DNA of 64,000 nt from an uncultured Bacteroides sp. (GTDB lineage Bacteria; Bacteroidota; Bacteroidia; Bacteroidales; Bacteroidaceae), in assembly GCA_947173895.1 (NCBI GenBank), contig CAMWGU010000005.1:3579-67578 (forward strand), in the 5' to 3' direction. Below, piece by piece: positions 62,006-64,000 of this stretch (the stretch's first letter is position 1; each line of letters starts with the position of its first letter). The notes below the pieces were generated by a model that had not been told where the DNA came from, ran no database searches, and worked only from the letters and a program-made list of their open reading frames with translations. The position numbers were made by a program, and so were the translations under genes.

Positions 62006-62401
62006 AATCGTATATGCTAGTTTAGTTTGATTTATGTTAACAAAAATAACGAATTATCCGAAACGGTAACAAGGTTTGCTTGTTTTTAACACTCTATACA
62101 ATTCAAAAAACGTTTGCCAAAATCGTCTGCCATACAATAAATCTCCGTAACTTTAGCCTCTGAAAACATAGTGGTAATCGTTCAAATGTTATAATTGAAC
62201 ACTATAGATTCATTTATTTTATCGCTATATCACTAATATTCAAACAAATAGATTTAATACTTATATCAAACTGACGTTAAATACATCTATCAAACCGTGA
62301 AGGAAAGTTATTATTCAACGCTTTCTCTAAGGAAATTTGTTAATATAGAAAGTCTGAGATATATTTGAATAATAAGAAAGTAAATTAAAGAAAGAACAAG
62401 T

Positions 62402-62878
62402 ATGAATAAAACGATTTTATTTTTTGTAGCATTTGCCTTGGCCGCCACTACAGCCTGTGGCAGAGGGAACAACCATAATTCTGCAAAAGAAGAAACAATA
62501 GCAACAAAAGAGAGCGGAAAAGTAATCCACCTGACTCATGCTGATTTTTTGACGAAGGTATATAACTTTGAGAAGAATCCGGAGGAATGGAAATACGAAG
62601 GCGACAAGCCGGCTATTGTGGACTTTTATGCCGATTGGTGCGGGCCATGCAAAATGGTGGCTCCCATCTTGGACGAACTGGCTAAAGAATACAACGGACA
62701 AATCGTGATCTACAAGGTAAATACAGATAAAGAACAAGAACTGGCAGGTGCATTTGGCATACGAAGCATCCCGTCCATTCTGTTCATTCCGATGAATGGG
62801 AAACCGCAAATGGTACAGGGAGCCATGCCCAAAGACTCTTTTAAGAAAGCCATTGATGAACTCCTATTGAAAAAATAA
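62402..62878 (+). CDS. trxA: Exported (lipoprotein) thioredoxin
   Basis: DFYADWCGPCK, IRSIPSILF; N-terminal lipobox TTA-C. Confidence 0.92.
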   Translation: MNKTILFFVAFALAATTACGRGNNHNSAKEETIATKESGKVIHLTHADFLTKVYNFEKNPEEWKYEGDKPAIVDFYADWCGPCKMVAPILDELAKEYNGQIVIYKVNTDKEQELAGAFGIRSIPSILFIPMNGKPQMVQGAMPKDSFKKAIDELLLKK

Positions 62879-63005
62879 AGGACAAATGACTTCCGGCTAT
62901 TCATTGATCATTTATGATACCGCACGCCCCATGTCTGTACAACAAAAGATGTGGGAGGTTTACACTATTATGGATTGGCTTATAAAGTAATCAGATAAGG
63001 GAGCT

Positions 63006-64000
63006 ATGGAAATATCAGCAGAGACCCTTCATTTTATTGAAGATCACAAAGAAGACGACACACGCACGCTTGCTTTACAAAGCAAGCGATATCCCGAAAT
63101 AGACATGGCCGTAGCCGTCACCCAGATTGCCGGAAGGCAGGTGGCGGCCCGCAAAGTGCCTTCGTGGCATTCGGTTTCCGCCTTATGGTATCCCCGCCAT
63201 TTGTCCATGGAGCAATGTTCTTCCGAAGCGACCGCCCTGTATAAGGCATCTTTGTTGAAAGGAGACACATTTGCCGATTTAACCGGAGGGCTCGGAATTG
63301 ACTGCACTTTTATATCCCGAAATTTCAAGCAGACCGACTATGTGGAGAGACAAGCAGAACTATGCGAACTGGCCCTACATAACTTTCCTTTATTGGGATT
63401 GGAACATATCCGGATACATCATCACGACGGAATAGCCTATCTACGGGATATGCACCCGGTAGATTGCCTGTTTTTAGATCCGGCCAGAAGAGACGGACAC
63501 GGCGGCAAGACGGTGGCCATTTCCGATTGTGAACCGGACATCGGCGCGCTGGAAACTTTACTGGTCGACAAGGCCAAGAGAGTGATGGTGAAACTTTCGC
63601 CTATGCTGGACATGTCATTGGCATTGAACGAACTGAAAACAGTTAGCGAAGTACATGTTGTTGCTGTCAACAACGAATGCAAGGAACTGTTGCTGATATT
63701 ACAGAAACAGCCGAACACACAAGAAGTGAATATCCATTGCGAGCATATTGCCGGCAACGGAGAGAACCAACACTATGCTTTCACCTTGCATCAGGAAAAA
63801 ACATCCGCCTGCCCGTTGACCAATCGGGTCGGAACTTACTTGTACGAGCCAAACGCCGCCATACTGAAAGCCGGAGCCTTCCGTTCGCTCACACAAGCTT
63901 TCCCTGTAGAGAAACTGCACATAAACAGCCATTTATACACCTCCGATATGCAGATTGCAGATTTCCCGGGACGCCGCTTCCAAGTTGAAGCCGTATCGGG
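63006..64000 (+). CDS. Class I SAM-dependent methyltransferase with THUMP-like domain, partial
   Basis: Manual translation from ATG 63006: MEISAETLHF..., EQCSSEATA, ADLTGGLGID, FLDPARRD, VKLSPMLD, YLYEPNAAILKAG; runs off the window. Confidence 0.88.
   Translation, partial: MEISAETLHFIEDHKEDDTRTLALQSKRYPEIDMAVAVTQIAGRQVAARKVPSWHSVSALWYPRHLSMEQCSSEATALYKASLLKGDTFADLTGGLGIDCTFISRNFKQTDYVERQAELCELALHNFPLLGLEHIRIHHHDGIAYLRDMHPVDCLFLDPARRDGHGGKTVAISDCEPDIGALETLLVDKAKRVMVKLSPMLDMSLALNELKTVSEVHVVAVNNECKELLLILQKQPNTQEVNIHCEHIAGNGENQHYAFTLHQEKTSACPLTNRVGTYLYEPNAAILKAGAFRSLTQAFPVEKLHINSHLYTSDMQIADFPGRRFQVEAVS

Overview
A mostly core-genome window from a Bacteroidaceae (Bacteroides/Phocaeicola-like) chromosome, judged by TAnnTTTG promoter boxes and gene order. 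In order: partial TPR lipoprotein, dut, dGTPase, a probable glycine-lipid acyltransferase pair (glsA/glsB-like), the dcw cluster (mraZ-rsmH-ftsL-ftsI-murE-mraY-murD-ftsW-murG-murC-ftsQ-ftsA-ftsZ), yqeY, recO, tRNA-Glu(TTC), rpsT, gyrB, a frameshifted beta-propeller lipoprotein, malQ plus an MFS sugar transporter, rnhB, a LysO pair, an M48 peptidase, a DUF2807 lipoprotein, an ECF sigma/anti-sigma-like pair, topA-aroK-speA-argB, NUDIX-TPR-beta-barrel, Lrp/AsnC, DUF4491, a Bro-N pseudogene, rimP-nusA-infB-cvpA-sufBCDS, small envelope genes, thioredoxin and a partial SAM methyltransferase. I found no intact transposase, integrase, CRISPR or defence operon. The unexplained signal is mainly non-coding: 22-bp-periodic self-palindromic arrays and long imperfect palindromes at 23.1-23.6 kb and 48.35-48.71 kb, a REP-like hairpin inside the infB-suf operon, a terminator-like hairpin in the rimP leader, DnaA-like and MraZ-like boxes upstream of dcw, and a matched pair of ECF-type promoters. 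An uncharacterised large TPR protein paired with an apparently plug-less TonB-receptor-like barrel is the best protein-level candidate for an undescribed system. All calls come from reading the sequence by eye; no database searches were run.
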